DNA from: Spongospora subterranea f. sp. subterranea
Lineage: Eukaryota
Direction of reading: 5' to 3'
DNA length: 20,000 bases
Assembly (NCBI GenBank): GCA_049724395.1
Contig: JAUGWO010000118.1
Span: 51,214 to 71,213, forward strand
Position numbers and translations under genes: made by a program. Positions 1 to 10,044 of this stretch are shown here, piece by piece; the first letter of the stretch is position 1, and every line of letters starts with the position of its first letter. Under the pieces are notes generated by a model. The model was not told where the DNA came from. It worked only from the letters and a program-made list of their open reading frames with translations, and ran no database searches.

Positions 1-690
1 CGATTTGGTAATGACAGATCGAACCATGCACATCAACAATGACTTTCTGATATCAGGATTGTCACCAAAGTTTAGAATAAAGTCGTTGATTACGATGACG
101 TTCTGTCCTGAACCAAGTACGTCATCTGACACTGATAATGCCCTTCTGATCTCAGTGATGGCTTTTACGTAATTCAACAAACATCAAGCTCGTGCCATGC
201 GCTCAATTCGGCTTGGGACTCCTGAAACGGCCGTTTCGACAGCGGCAATGCGGTCCATTCTTTCAAACCGTTTTCGCAAAACCCTGTCCTTGAACAGGGC
301 CTAACAAACACTGCTTATTTTGAGACCCGGCAGCGGTTTACCATTGCATTATATCGAATGAATTCTCATAACGCCCATGGCGGAGGTGAACATCAGAGAC
401 GGAAAGAGGTTTGACATAATTTTCATACAAACGAACATAGTTTGGATGGTTTTGGACACCTCCAAGGCAAATACGCACACCCTGTGGCCGGCTAGAAACA
501 GCAACGCCAGAAGCATTGGAGATTGGGAGAGCGTCTTTTGCCACCGGTAGAAAATACGATGAGATGCGGTTGGACGATTGGGAACGTTCTATCGAAGTCT
601 TATGTTTATTCGTCCTAGTAATAAAACAACGATTACAAAGTCATCAAAGATGCACAAGATTCTGTTACCGGTTGTGTTCAACCAAGCGCC
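1..690 (-). other. Possible spliced or decayed minus-strand coding sequence running off the left edge
   Basis: GT-AG candidates at 301-341 and 615-668 join open frames (…EHNRTNKHK…AKDALP…MQWPCSRTGFCENG…), and an open frame spans 180 to 1; product unknown. Confidence 0.3.
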
Positions 691-1686
691 TGATTGAGAG
701 GAAATGGCGGCATTAAGTTTGCACGTCGACGAGATTAGATGTTAATAGAGGTGCTTGTCGCGGTAGGTCGGATGAAGTTTGAAGAATTTCGAAGCAAAAT
801 TTGCTGCATGCCAAAAGATGTACGCTCGTGTGTCGTCAATAAACCCTCTCACTTCGTTCTCAGCCTTTACTGTCCCAACTCTTGCCCGGTGCATTCCGCA
901 TTCGATTGATCTTCTCGAACGACGTTGGCCATAATATTAGGACCCCGGTCCTCTTGAAAACAATGATGTGGCAGTCGGTCCATAGAGTCTGGGAGTATAA
1001 TTCCGGGACATCGGTCCGCCAAACCAAGTGCTCCTGGCGTACCTTTTAAGGACCGCAATTCTCCGGGGTGGTGCAAGAAGGTCATTATATTGATATTCCG
1101 TGTATCCAAGAAAATCGAGTTTGAAGGTTTACAATATGGATAGGAGCGTTGGTTTCATTGACAAGTCCTGAGCCGGCTGTTGATATCTTACCTCGACCAG
1201 TACCCGATAGGTGCGACCATCTGTTTTCATCGCTAGAAAAAACTGAGATTGGACAGGTTTCCGCACGCTTTAGCGGTTATTTTCAAGAACAAACAGTGTG
1301 GATCCATTTATAATGCAAGAGCAAATTCAACTCTTCCTCTGTTCTCAGAGGGTTTGATAACTCGTGCGGTTGGCCATCCCACTAAATGTAATTTTTCCAA
1401 AGATAAGCGCTCAGTTTTTGCGTTTGTCATGGAAGTGGAAGTCTTCGTTTCATTCAAAATTGACCCGATGGATGAACTTCGCGTTCGAGAACTTATTCAT
1501 GAAATAAAAAGCATCCAAACTGGACAGTTTATGAAGAGAATCAAATTGCGTTATTTCGTCGGTTCTGTGTTTTCTTTTTTTACAGCTGTTGCTGCTGTCA
1601 GTTGTCGTAATGTGGATCACGAACAGGCGGTGTGGCGACCATGCGGGGTAAAATCACTGCATCACCATTCGCAAACGGTGGCGACC

Positions 1687-1853
1687 TGTGGCGCCGTGCC
1701 GTTGCCGCCCATCACTTAACCTATCTCCCACTGTTTTGGTGTCTCACTGTCGTATGTAATTATGTTTCACTGACGGACTTGCCCGCCAGTGGTACTTCTT
1801 GCGCAATCTCTCTATCAAATAAACACTCCTCTTAATGGCCTAGAGCTGTCACA
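1687..1853 (+). repeat. 5' LTR of the TRIM-like element
   Basis: TG...CA termini, AATAAA at 1818-1823, matches 2310-2476. Confidence 0.92.
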
Positions 1854-1927
1854 ATGATCATTAGACATTCATGAGTCCGTCGGGCGAGATGTTCTCCGAC
1901 GTTAAACACGCTGTACCCAAGCCTTAA

Positions 1928-2247
1928 CATGCAATACCCGCAATTCCAGGACGAGCCCCAGTTGCCGATCCATCATGCAATACCCGCAATTCCCGGACGA
2001 GCCCCAGTTGCCGATCCATCATGCAATAACCGCAATACCAGGACGAGCCCCAGTTGCCGATCCATCATGCAATAACCGCAATACCAGGACGAGCCCCAGT
2101 TGCCGATCCATCATGCAATAACCGCAATACCAGGACGAGCCCCAGTTGCCGATCCATCATGCAATAACCGCAATACCAGGACGAGCCCCAGTTGCCGATC
2201 CATCATGCAATACCCGCAATTCCAGGACGAGCCCCAGTTGCCGATCC
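1928..2247. repeat. Minisatellite, 7 copies of a 46-bp unit (CATGCAATAMCCGCAATWCCAGGACGAGCCCCAGTTGCCGATCCAT)
   Basis: Units start at 1928, 1974, 2020, 2066, 2112, 2158 and 2204; no spacers. Confidence 0.97.
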
Positions 2248-2309
2248 TTCATTGAAGCCAGACCCGTTTTACTCGCACAAGTGCATTTCATGATTTGTTG
2301 AGGAGGCAA

Positions 2310-2476
2310 TGTGGCGCCGTGCCGTTGCCGCCCATCACTTAACCTATCTCCCACTGTTTTGATGTCTCACTGTCGTATGTAATTATGTTTCACTGACGGA
2401 CTTGCCCGCCAGTGGTACTTCTTGCGCAATCTATCTATCAAATAAACACTCCTCTTAATGGCCTAGAGCTGTCACA
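2310..2476 (+). repeat. 3' LTR of the TRIM-like element
   Basis: Copy of 1687-1853 with 2 substitutions (ttttGgtg/ttttGatg; tctCtctat/tctAtctat), preceded by a polypurine tract. Confidence 0.92.
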
Positions 2477-2931
2477 CGACCTGGAGACGTCGAAGTGCGA
2501 TCCTGGCTGCACAGTGAGCAATAAATGGGCTGTCGAACGAGGAGCCCTGCATATCTAAACCCGAAATGGTATTTAGCTGTACTATCTGAACCGTGGCCTT
2601 GCCCCCCACCATGAAGCTATTTTTAGAAATTGCGTGGGCACAATGGACTTTGATTGGGGTGATTTTCCGTGGCCTTCTCAGATTGGTCACAGTGGGATTG
2701 GTCACTGCAAACCAGTGGCTGGAAAGTCCGGCCGGACAGCCCTCCCCGTCGCCGCCGCAGCTCGAAGACTAACAGCAATGCCCTCTGGAAAATAAAGAGC
2801 CTCGGACAAAAATGTTGGTGATCTGCCCCTCAAACACCGCGTCCAATCCGGAAACCCTCAATTGACAGAGTACACTCATCGTCAAAGCCGGTATAGGACG
2901 AGAAAGCGCCATTTCGGTTAACGAATCGATA

Positions 2932-4491
2932 ATGCCAACTGCGATTTGCAGGTTATTGGTTGCGTTTACGATTGCAGTTCTCGGAATTAGTTTTGATATT
3001 CAGAAACACTTGTCGACCCATACTCCATATTATGGAAGTTTCAACCCGCTTTCAACTCCAAACCATGCGGGTTCGTGTGTATTACACCAAGTTAATATGG
3101 TTATTCGACACGGTTCCAGATTTCCTAACAAATCGACGATCGAGCTTGCTTTTCAGCTTCATCGGCATATACATTCGAATCCTTCTCTGGGCAAAGTCTC
3201 AGTTCCGGATTGGCTTCTTAGTTGGGCTCCCGCATTTGACAATGAGGACGCTGGTGAACTGACTACGCTAGGTCTAACAATGCTCCGCCAAAATTTATTG
3301 TCTCTGACCTCATCTCAGGTATGGAGGAACAATACAATTTGGCGCAACGCCTACAACAAAGATTTCCCGAAGTATTCAAAAAACCATACCATCCCAATCA
3401 TTGTAAATTGCGTTCAACTCAAAAAAGTCGTGCTGGACGTAGTGCGAGTGCGTTTGCGCTTGGGCTCTGGCATGGAACTGGGCAAGTCACTAATTTCAAG
3501 TTTCAGCCTGCGTTTATATATACGACAGGCGAGCTAGATAATGATATTGTTCTGCGACCTTACGATGCATGCCCTGCGTATTCAAATCATCGGAAGGCGA
3601 ACTCAACCAGAAAACATTACAGAGAATATGTTGCGAGAATAAGCCCAGAAATCGCGAGTGGTATCAATCAACGTCTTTTCAACAGTCTGCAAGTCATTCC
3701 CCGCAAATATCGTCATGGTTGCCTGGAAAGTGTGCAAAGCGGAAATGTCTGCGATTGGGGAGTCAGTAATTTGCGATTTTTTTTCGAAAACTGACGTTGA
3801 GCGCCTGGAACTGGCGGACGACATTGAGTCCTACTGGGAGAAAGGCCCAGGTCACCAGATTAATACCAAGATCGTTTGCCCATTGCTAGAGGATTTGATA
3901 GATTCTTTAAAAAAAGCAGCATCACATCAAGAAATGCATTTGCACTTAGACCTTCGCTTTGCGCATGGCACAACTTTGATTCCGCTCATATCTGCTCTGG
4001 TATTCTCCTCAAAAATGAATGTTGAGTTTAAGACGGTATTTGATTGTTTTATATAGGGTCTTTTCCAGGACGATTTTCACCTCGATAGTACAATAAATCA
4101 AGAGCAGATAGAAAGACGCCAATGGCGCATGAGCAATTTGTGCCCTTATGCTGCAAACATCGCAATTCACTTGTACCGCTGCGACAATAATCAACGCGCT
4201 TATATCGGCATATTTCACAACGAACAGATGATCAAACTACCATTTTGCGGTAACAGTTGGCTCTGCTCTTTGACGTCTTTTGAGAAGTACATTGCAAAAG
4301 TTCATCAACCTTGCGATCATCAGAGATTATGCCTCCTCAATACTATGGGCGAGGCCAAGGCGTCAGTACGCATCTCTGAGAAAGGATTCATCGGTTTCTG
4401 CGTCTTTTTTGCCTTCATGTTAGTTGGGGTTTTGGCTCTCTGTCTATGGTGTGCTCGCTTTCGGGAAAGTACAAAAACACTTGATTCCTAA
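2932..4491 (+). pseudogene. MINPP1: MINPP-type histidine acid phosphatase/phytase, copy A (frameshifted, catalytic acid lost)
   Basis: Signal peptide, RHGSRFP motif, GELT..G, FAHxxT motif, PYAAN, C-terminal TM helix. Exons 2932-3271, 3319-3999, 4057-4491. Extra C at 3699-3702 (CCCC vs CCC in copy B) shifts exon 2; HAE is replaced by HGT. Confidence 0.85.
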
Positions 4492-5402
4492 CTGTAAAAA
4501 ACATTTTTCTTAAAGAAATTATGTGGCTCGTTCTACGTTGCGAGTCATTCTGTCCAAAACCAAGCTTTTCTACTAGTTCATATACCAAAAGTCTGTCTGG
4601 AGTGATTAGTACAGGAACGGTTCGAACCAGATTTCCCCGACGTCAGGCGACAGCGTGCTTGACATGATATCGAACAGGTAGAAGAGTGTCGATTCTCCAC
4701 AAAACTGAGTACGTCCCCAGAACAGTCAAAGGGGTGAATGGACTGGTCCTAATGCTGGCATGCTTCACATTCAAACGTATAATGAGCCACACTGGGGTAG
4801 TTTCTGGATATTTATCTTCGCATACCGACTCTTTCGTTGGAATCGAGTGAACCAGTTCCCATAATCTGTCTCTCGTTCTTGAATTAGTTCTCAACAACCT
4901 CTGAACATTGTAGTATTGAAAGATAACGACTTTATCGAACAAAGTAGCGGTTTGACCTCGGCAAGTTTAGTTGTAAGAATCGGGTCTTCATCGTCTGTAA
5001 GATAGATTGGTGTTGATTACCAATTCTTTATCCGTGTGCGCGCCATTGGTAATTGGTCAAGCGAGGCGCCCCTTTCGAAACTGAGAAAGGAGCGGCCAGC
5101 GGCGCACAGTTCAGTCAGGGCCTCAGTAAAGTGGAGCTGACAGTTAAAGTGAGAGAGAGAGAGCGGACACCGAATCAACAGACTACCGACAGCTGCAGCT
5201 GTTGGCTTAGCATAATCCTCTCCACAATTTATTTACCAAAAACGGACAAAGTAGGTCCCATTCAAGGTCCAAACCTGAGATTGGGAGTAAACAAATCAGT
5301 ATAACGATAGAGTCGCCTGTAAGAGCTTACACATTTCCACTACCATTAGCTGATCATTGCTTTACGGTATGGTGAAATTCAGCATTACGATTGAGGCCTT
5401 AA

Positions 5403-5512
5403 ATGAGGCCTGACGACAATGATGGACTGATCACCGAACGGCAATCCGAAGCGTCTTTGGCGTTTGTAGTTGCAGTGCGGTTGGAATGGCTCGAAGCTGC
5501 GAGTTTATTTTA
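5403..5512 (+). pseudogene. Truncated duplicate of kinesin exon 1 plus part of intron 1
   Basis: Encodes [26 protein letters not shown], matching 10891-10967 except one residue; homology stops at 5512 inside the intron. Confidence 0.88.
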
Positions 5513-5579
5513 CAGAATTGACTGGATCACAAAGCTGGATCAAAAAGTGCGTATTAGTCTTTTGACCCAGTCAATTCTG
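5513..5579. mobile_element. 67-bp TA-flanked inverted-repeat element (MITE-like or Tc1/mariner-type end)
   Basis: TA|CAGAATTGACTGGATCA...TGACCCAGTCAATTCTG|TA (17-bp TIR, 1 mismatch); the CTGGATCA motif recurs at ~5522, 5535, 5594 and 5664. Confidence 0.6.
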
Positions 5580-5944
5580 TACAACAAAAAAGACTGGATC
5601 AAAATCAACAGTGGTTCAAAACTTCAAGTGCGCGAATCGGAAAGAATAATCCGGTTCAAAAGACTGGATCAAAGCACTCGATATTTCGATTAAAAATCAG
5701 AGGCCCCGCCATTGAGATGACTAATGGAGGCCCTAGCACAGCGGAGCGACCTTCCCGCGTTGGTAGAGTCGGCTGCGCAGCGAAGCTTGCAGTGCCGACC
5801 TCACTTGGGAGTATCGCTTACACAAGTTAACCAATTGGAAAAAATCTGCCGAAAAGTGGATATCTTGACAGCTTCCATGCAGTTGTCAAAGGCTCGATGA
5901 CAGGGTTTATATTACAGTCGACTTTTTTTTGAAAATTTATTCTT

Positions 5945-7575
5945 TTATAATTTTTTAGGACAAGATTTTGACCTTGTTGTGTGTTCCGATTGTAGACAAT
6001 TGGAGCAAGTTTTGATTATATTTTTACACCTTTTCGCACCCAGTGTAGTGTTTGCCTTCTCATCGTCTTTGACAATGGCAACGGAGCGGTCAATGTTATC
6101 CACCGTTTCTGTGGCAGAATCAACAATAGCGAAGCTAATCAGATACAACATCATTACCACCAATACTCTGTTTGAGACTGTAGAAGACAACCCTTGACAG
6201 CTTGCACTGCTACTCAAGATTCATGGAGTGAAAGTTTGCACGTCCGTTGTTGACTAAATCGTATACACATAAAAACCACATAATGGAACGATATTAGCTC
6301 GAATAATGGCATAAAAATGACGGCCCCATTCCTTCGTAGAATATATGCGGCTCCCCAACTGCCAATCATGACCGTTTACGGTCATGACTTCAGGATATCG
6401 TAGCTGCTCGCTATCCATCCATCCCAATTTCGATGCAAATCACCTTCTGCGATAACTTCACCTTCGTGTTGCAGTGAATTACTTTGAGGTGGAAACAGGT
6501 GCAGGCTCTCAACATCCATTCGTCAATGCCAGTCGCTGACCACGGATTCAAAAGATCGGGAAGATTGTCACCTAGTTGCTCGACCATCAACGCTGAAATC
6601 TCCTGAAGATTACAATCACGTATAGTCGGCAATACCAATTTCTTTCCAAAAACATTCCAAAATAGGCAAACCCCTTGTTGAGTAACCATTTTCATGTCCA
6701 TCGTCACAGAACAGGGAGCGCTGAAAAACAACCCATTAGGCGCATTTCGAATCAGTAAACGTTGACATTTTTCACATGAAGCGAGATACAGAAATCTGAG
6801 TGATCATCCACTTGGAACAGCGCTTGTAAAACGGTGGCAGGATTACCAAACTGGCCTGAACGGAAAAGTCTTCGGTCATGTACCACGAAGTCGACAACTT
6901 GACTGAGACCGGATTTGAGCAGTCCAGTAATATTTGTATCTGACGACGCCTCGGACCCGATTTAAAAATGATTAAGCATTCTGATGAAAGGCTCATAACA
7001 ACAGTCAGGATACAGCAAAGCATTCATCTGAGTGACATAGAGTTAAGAGTTAGATTTGCACAAATTTAAACAACAATCCACGTACCGGACAAGCCTTGAA
7101 ACATGCAAATAGACATTCTATTAGGGACGTGATGTAGCACGTGTTATTGTCATGGTCATAACTTTGGTACAAGGTGATTGTATTTCTGTCAATGTTGCGG
7201 CTGCCTTTGGGGCGACCTAACTTAGCCCCTAGCTTGAGACCATGAGCGTTCATAGATGCCCCAGTGATTGTGACATATGAACTGATGAAGCCGTTTCTTT
7301 GCGCTTCAGAAAAAAAATCCATAATTGGCACCGAAACACATCTCTATAGGTTTCAGCTTCTCTTCGTGAGTGGCAAGTTGCCCTGAACAGACAGCGGCGA
7401 CAATCATATTCAGTAGGCAAGTAAAAAAAATGAGCTTCGTGATGAGCTGAAGTTAAACCCGAACTCCACGTGAACAGAACCGGAACCCACCGCTTCACAG
7501 CAGACAATATACTGCTGAAGTCAGCAGAAATCCATGCCGAAAGTATGAATATGTGGCATTGGTTACAGTTCCCCC
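5945..7575 (-). pseudogene. Decayed Mutator/MULE-like transposase with AT-hook, USP/peptidase-C19-like domain and CCHC knuckle
   Basis: Minus-strand segments across frameshifts: GGTVTNATYSYFRHGFLLTSAVYC/KRWVPVLFTW...HF and DFFSEAQRNGFISSY (MULE-like DDE core, first D read as N); GRPKGS; NNTCYITSLIECLF (Cys-box-like, Cys 7137-7139); WQLGSRIYSTKEWGRHFYAIIR...GFYVY/DL (His-box-like, His 6317-6319); CSNCLQSEHTTRSKSCP (~5957-6007). Confidence 0.65.
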
Positions 7576-7584
7576 GATTTTTCT

Positions 7585-8226
7585 AAGTGGAACCTTTCAG
7601 CCGGAACCTGGCGACGCTGACAGGGGTATAGCAGAACCTGAATTTCCTGTAAACTGTTAATCCTATAGATGGAACTCGTCGCCAATTCATTTTTTTTATA
7701 ACAGTTGCGCATTTTCTGCAGGAGGAACACCTTTGTAACGAGTATTTCTCTTTCACAAAAATACAAACAGGAGGGGTGACACCTCTACCTATTGTAGTAG
7801 GAGTGTCGTTATGCGGGCATTGTCAGAGCGACATCGGATCCACAAACCTTGCGGATCAAGGTCGACGGCATCGGCGCTGAGCAGGATCGGGTTGGCATTA
7901 ACGTTCCAGCGTTTGGGTTGTTCAAGGTTCGCCATCTAAATGAGACCCGGGTCCAAATGAGATGAGCAAGATGGCGGCGGTTTATCCAGTCGGAAAACCC
8001 CAGGCTGGACCCGGGCCCGCAGAAACATTCTGCATGGCGTACCGGCGGGGGGTGTCACCCCTCCTGTTACTATTTTTGTAAAAGAGAAGTAGGCGTTGCG
8101 CAACTTTAATTTAAAAAACAAGGAATTCGCGACGAGTTCCATCTATAGGAGTAACAGTTTATAGGAAATTCAGGTTCTGCTGTACCCCTGTCAGCGTCGC
8201 CAGGTTCCGGCTGAAAGGCTCCACTT
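7585..8226. repeat. Long imperfect inverted repeat (arms 7585-7783 and 8051-8226, ~267-bp spacer)
   Basis: 7585-7688 pairs closely with 8123-8226; ACAGGAGGGGTGACACC (7767-7783) pairs with GGTGTCACCCCTCCTGT (8051-8067). Confidence 0.92.
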
Positions 8227-8466
8227 CGCCACCAAAGTTATCGGTTAATTTCCTTACTGCAAAAAGCAGTAGACGTCGCCATGCCCTCTGGAAAATAAAG
8301 AGCCTCGGACAAAAATGCGGTGATCGGCCCATCGGCAGATCAAAGGTCAAAGCCTTGCGTCCGATTCGAAACCCCTCAATTGATACAGGAAGCGTAAAGT
8401 GTATATTCAACGCCACAGTCGGTATACAGTTGCAGGAAGAGAAAACGCCAGGTTAACGGATCAGTA

Positions 8467-10028
8467 ATGCCAACTGGGATTTGCTGTTTATTGGTCGCGT
8501 TTACGGTTGCAGTTCTCGGAATGAGTTTTGAAATTGAGAAACACTTGTCGACCAATACTCCATATTATAGAAGTTCCAACCCGCTTTCAAATCCAAACCA
8601 TGCGGGTTCGTGTGAATTACACCAAGTCAATATGGTTATTCGACACGGTTTCCAGATTTCCCACCAAAAAGACGATCGAGCTTGCTTCTCAGCTTCATCG
8701 GCATATACATTCGAATCCATCTCTGAGCAACGTCTCAGTTCCGGATTGGCTTCTTAGTTGGGCTCCAGAATTTGCCCATGATGACGCTGGTGAACTGACT
8801 ACTCTAGGTCTAACAATGCTCCGGCAAAATGTATTGTCTCAGACGACTGACCTCATCTCAGGTATGGAGGAACAATACAATCTGGCGCAACGCCTACAAC
8901 AACGATTTCCCGAAGTATTCAAAAAACCATACCATCCAAATCATTGTAAATTGCGTTCAACTCAAAAAAGTCGTGCTGGACGTAGTGCCAGTGCGTTTGC
9001 GCTTGGGCTCTGGCATGGAACTGGGCAAGTCACAAATTTCAAGTTTCAGCCTGCGTTTATATATACGACAGGCGAGCTAGATAATGATATTGTTCTGCGA
9101 CCTTTCGATGCATGTCCTGTGTATTCAAAACAACGGAAGGCGACTTCAACCAGAAAACAGTATAGAGAATATGTTGCGAAAATCAGCCCAGAAATCGCGA
9201 GTGGTATCAATCAACGTATTTTCAACAGTCTGGAAATCATTCCCGCAAATATCGTCATGGTTGCCTGGAAAGTGTGCAAAGCGGAAATGTCTGCGATTCG
9301 GGGATCAGTAATTTGCGATTTTTTTTCGAAAACTGACGTTGAGCGCCTGGAACTGGCGGACGACATTGAGTCCTACTGGGAGAAAGGCCCAGGTCACCAG
9401 ATTAATATCAAGATCATTTGCCCATTGCTAGAGGATTTGATAGAATCTTTGAAAAAAGCAGCATCACATCAAGAAATGCATTTGCACTTAGACCTTCGCT
9501 TTGCGCATGCCGAAACTTTGATTCCGCTCATATCTGGTCTGGTATTCTCCTCACAAATGTTGAGTTATGACGGTATTTGATTGTTTTATATAGGGTCTTT
9601 TCCAGGACGATTTCCACCTCACTAGTGCAATGAATCAAGAGCAGATAGAAAGACGCCAATGGCGCATGAGCAAATTGTCTCCTTATGCTGCAAACATCGC
9701 AATTCACTTGTACCGCTGCGACAAGAATCAGCGCGCTTATATCGGCATATTTCACAACGAACAGATGATCAAACTACCATTTTGCGGTAACAGTTGGCTC
9801 TGCTCTTTGACGTCATTTGAAAAGTACATTGCAAAAGTTCATCAACCTTGCGATCATCAGAGATTATGCCTCCTCAATACTATGGGCGAGGCCAAGGCGT
9901 CAGTACGCATCTCTGAGAAAGGATTCATCGGTTTCTGCGTCTTTTCTGCCTTCATGTTAGTTGGGATTTTGGTTCTCTGTCTATGGCGTGCTCGCTTTCG
10001 GGAACGTACAAAAACACTTGCTTCCTAA
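8467..10028 (+). CDS. MINPP1: MINPP-type histidine acid phosphatase/phytase, copy B, ~484 aa if a +1 T frameshift is corrected
   Basis: Exons 8467-8807, 8862-9541, 9594-10028 with GT-AG introns of 54 and 52 bp. FAHAETL catalytic motif intact. Extra T at 8649-8651 splits RHG|SRFP. Signal peptide and C-terminal TM helix followed by basic residues. Confidence 0.82.
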
Positions 10029-10044
10029 CTGTAAAAAACATTTT

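Larger units (their letters stand above)
1687..2476 (+). mobile_element. Non-autonomous miniature LTR retrotransposon (TRIM-like), intact
   Basis: Two 167-bp direct repeats (1687-1853, 2310-2476) start TGTGGCG and end TGTCACA, with 2 mismatches. Identical 5-bp flanks CGACC (1682-1686, 2477-2481) form a TSD. Purine-rich GAGGAGGCAA lies immediately before the right LTR; AATAAA lies inside each LTR; no gag/pol. Confidence 0.92.
2778..5512 (+). repeat. Segmental duplication copy A (paired with 8281-11000)
   Basis: Both copies start ATGCCCTCTGGAAAATAAAGAGCCTCGGACAAAAATG and end GTTTATTTTA, and are colinear with small indels. Confidence 0.95.

Noticed and set aside
1249..1719. 156-aa ORF as a gene
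   Set aside because: No recognisable motif, and its end lies inside the LTR; it may be an interrupted gene but is unsupported.
1928..2247. CRISPR array
   Set aside because: Units are directly adjacent with no unique spacers, there are no cas genes, and the context is eukaryotic.
5030..5230. Structured ncRNA (RNase P/MRP-like) in the highly conserved GC-rich segment
   Set aside because: Conserved core motifs not found; better explained by minus-strand exons/introns and recent duplication.
5053..5304. 83-aa plus-strand ORF identical in both copies
   Set aside because: Non-ATG start and antisense to apparent introns; identity follows from the duplication.
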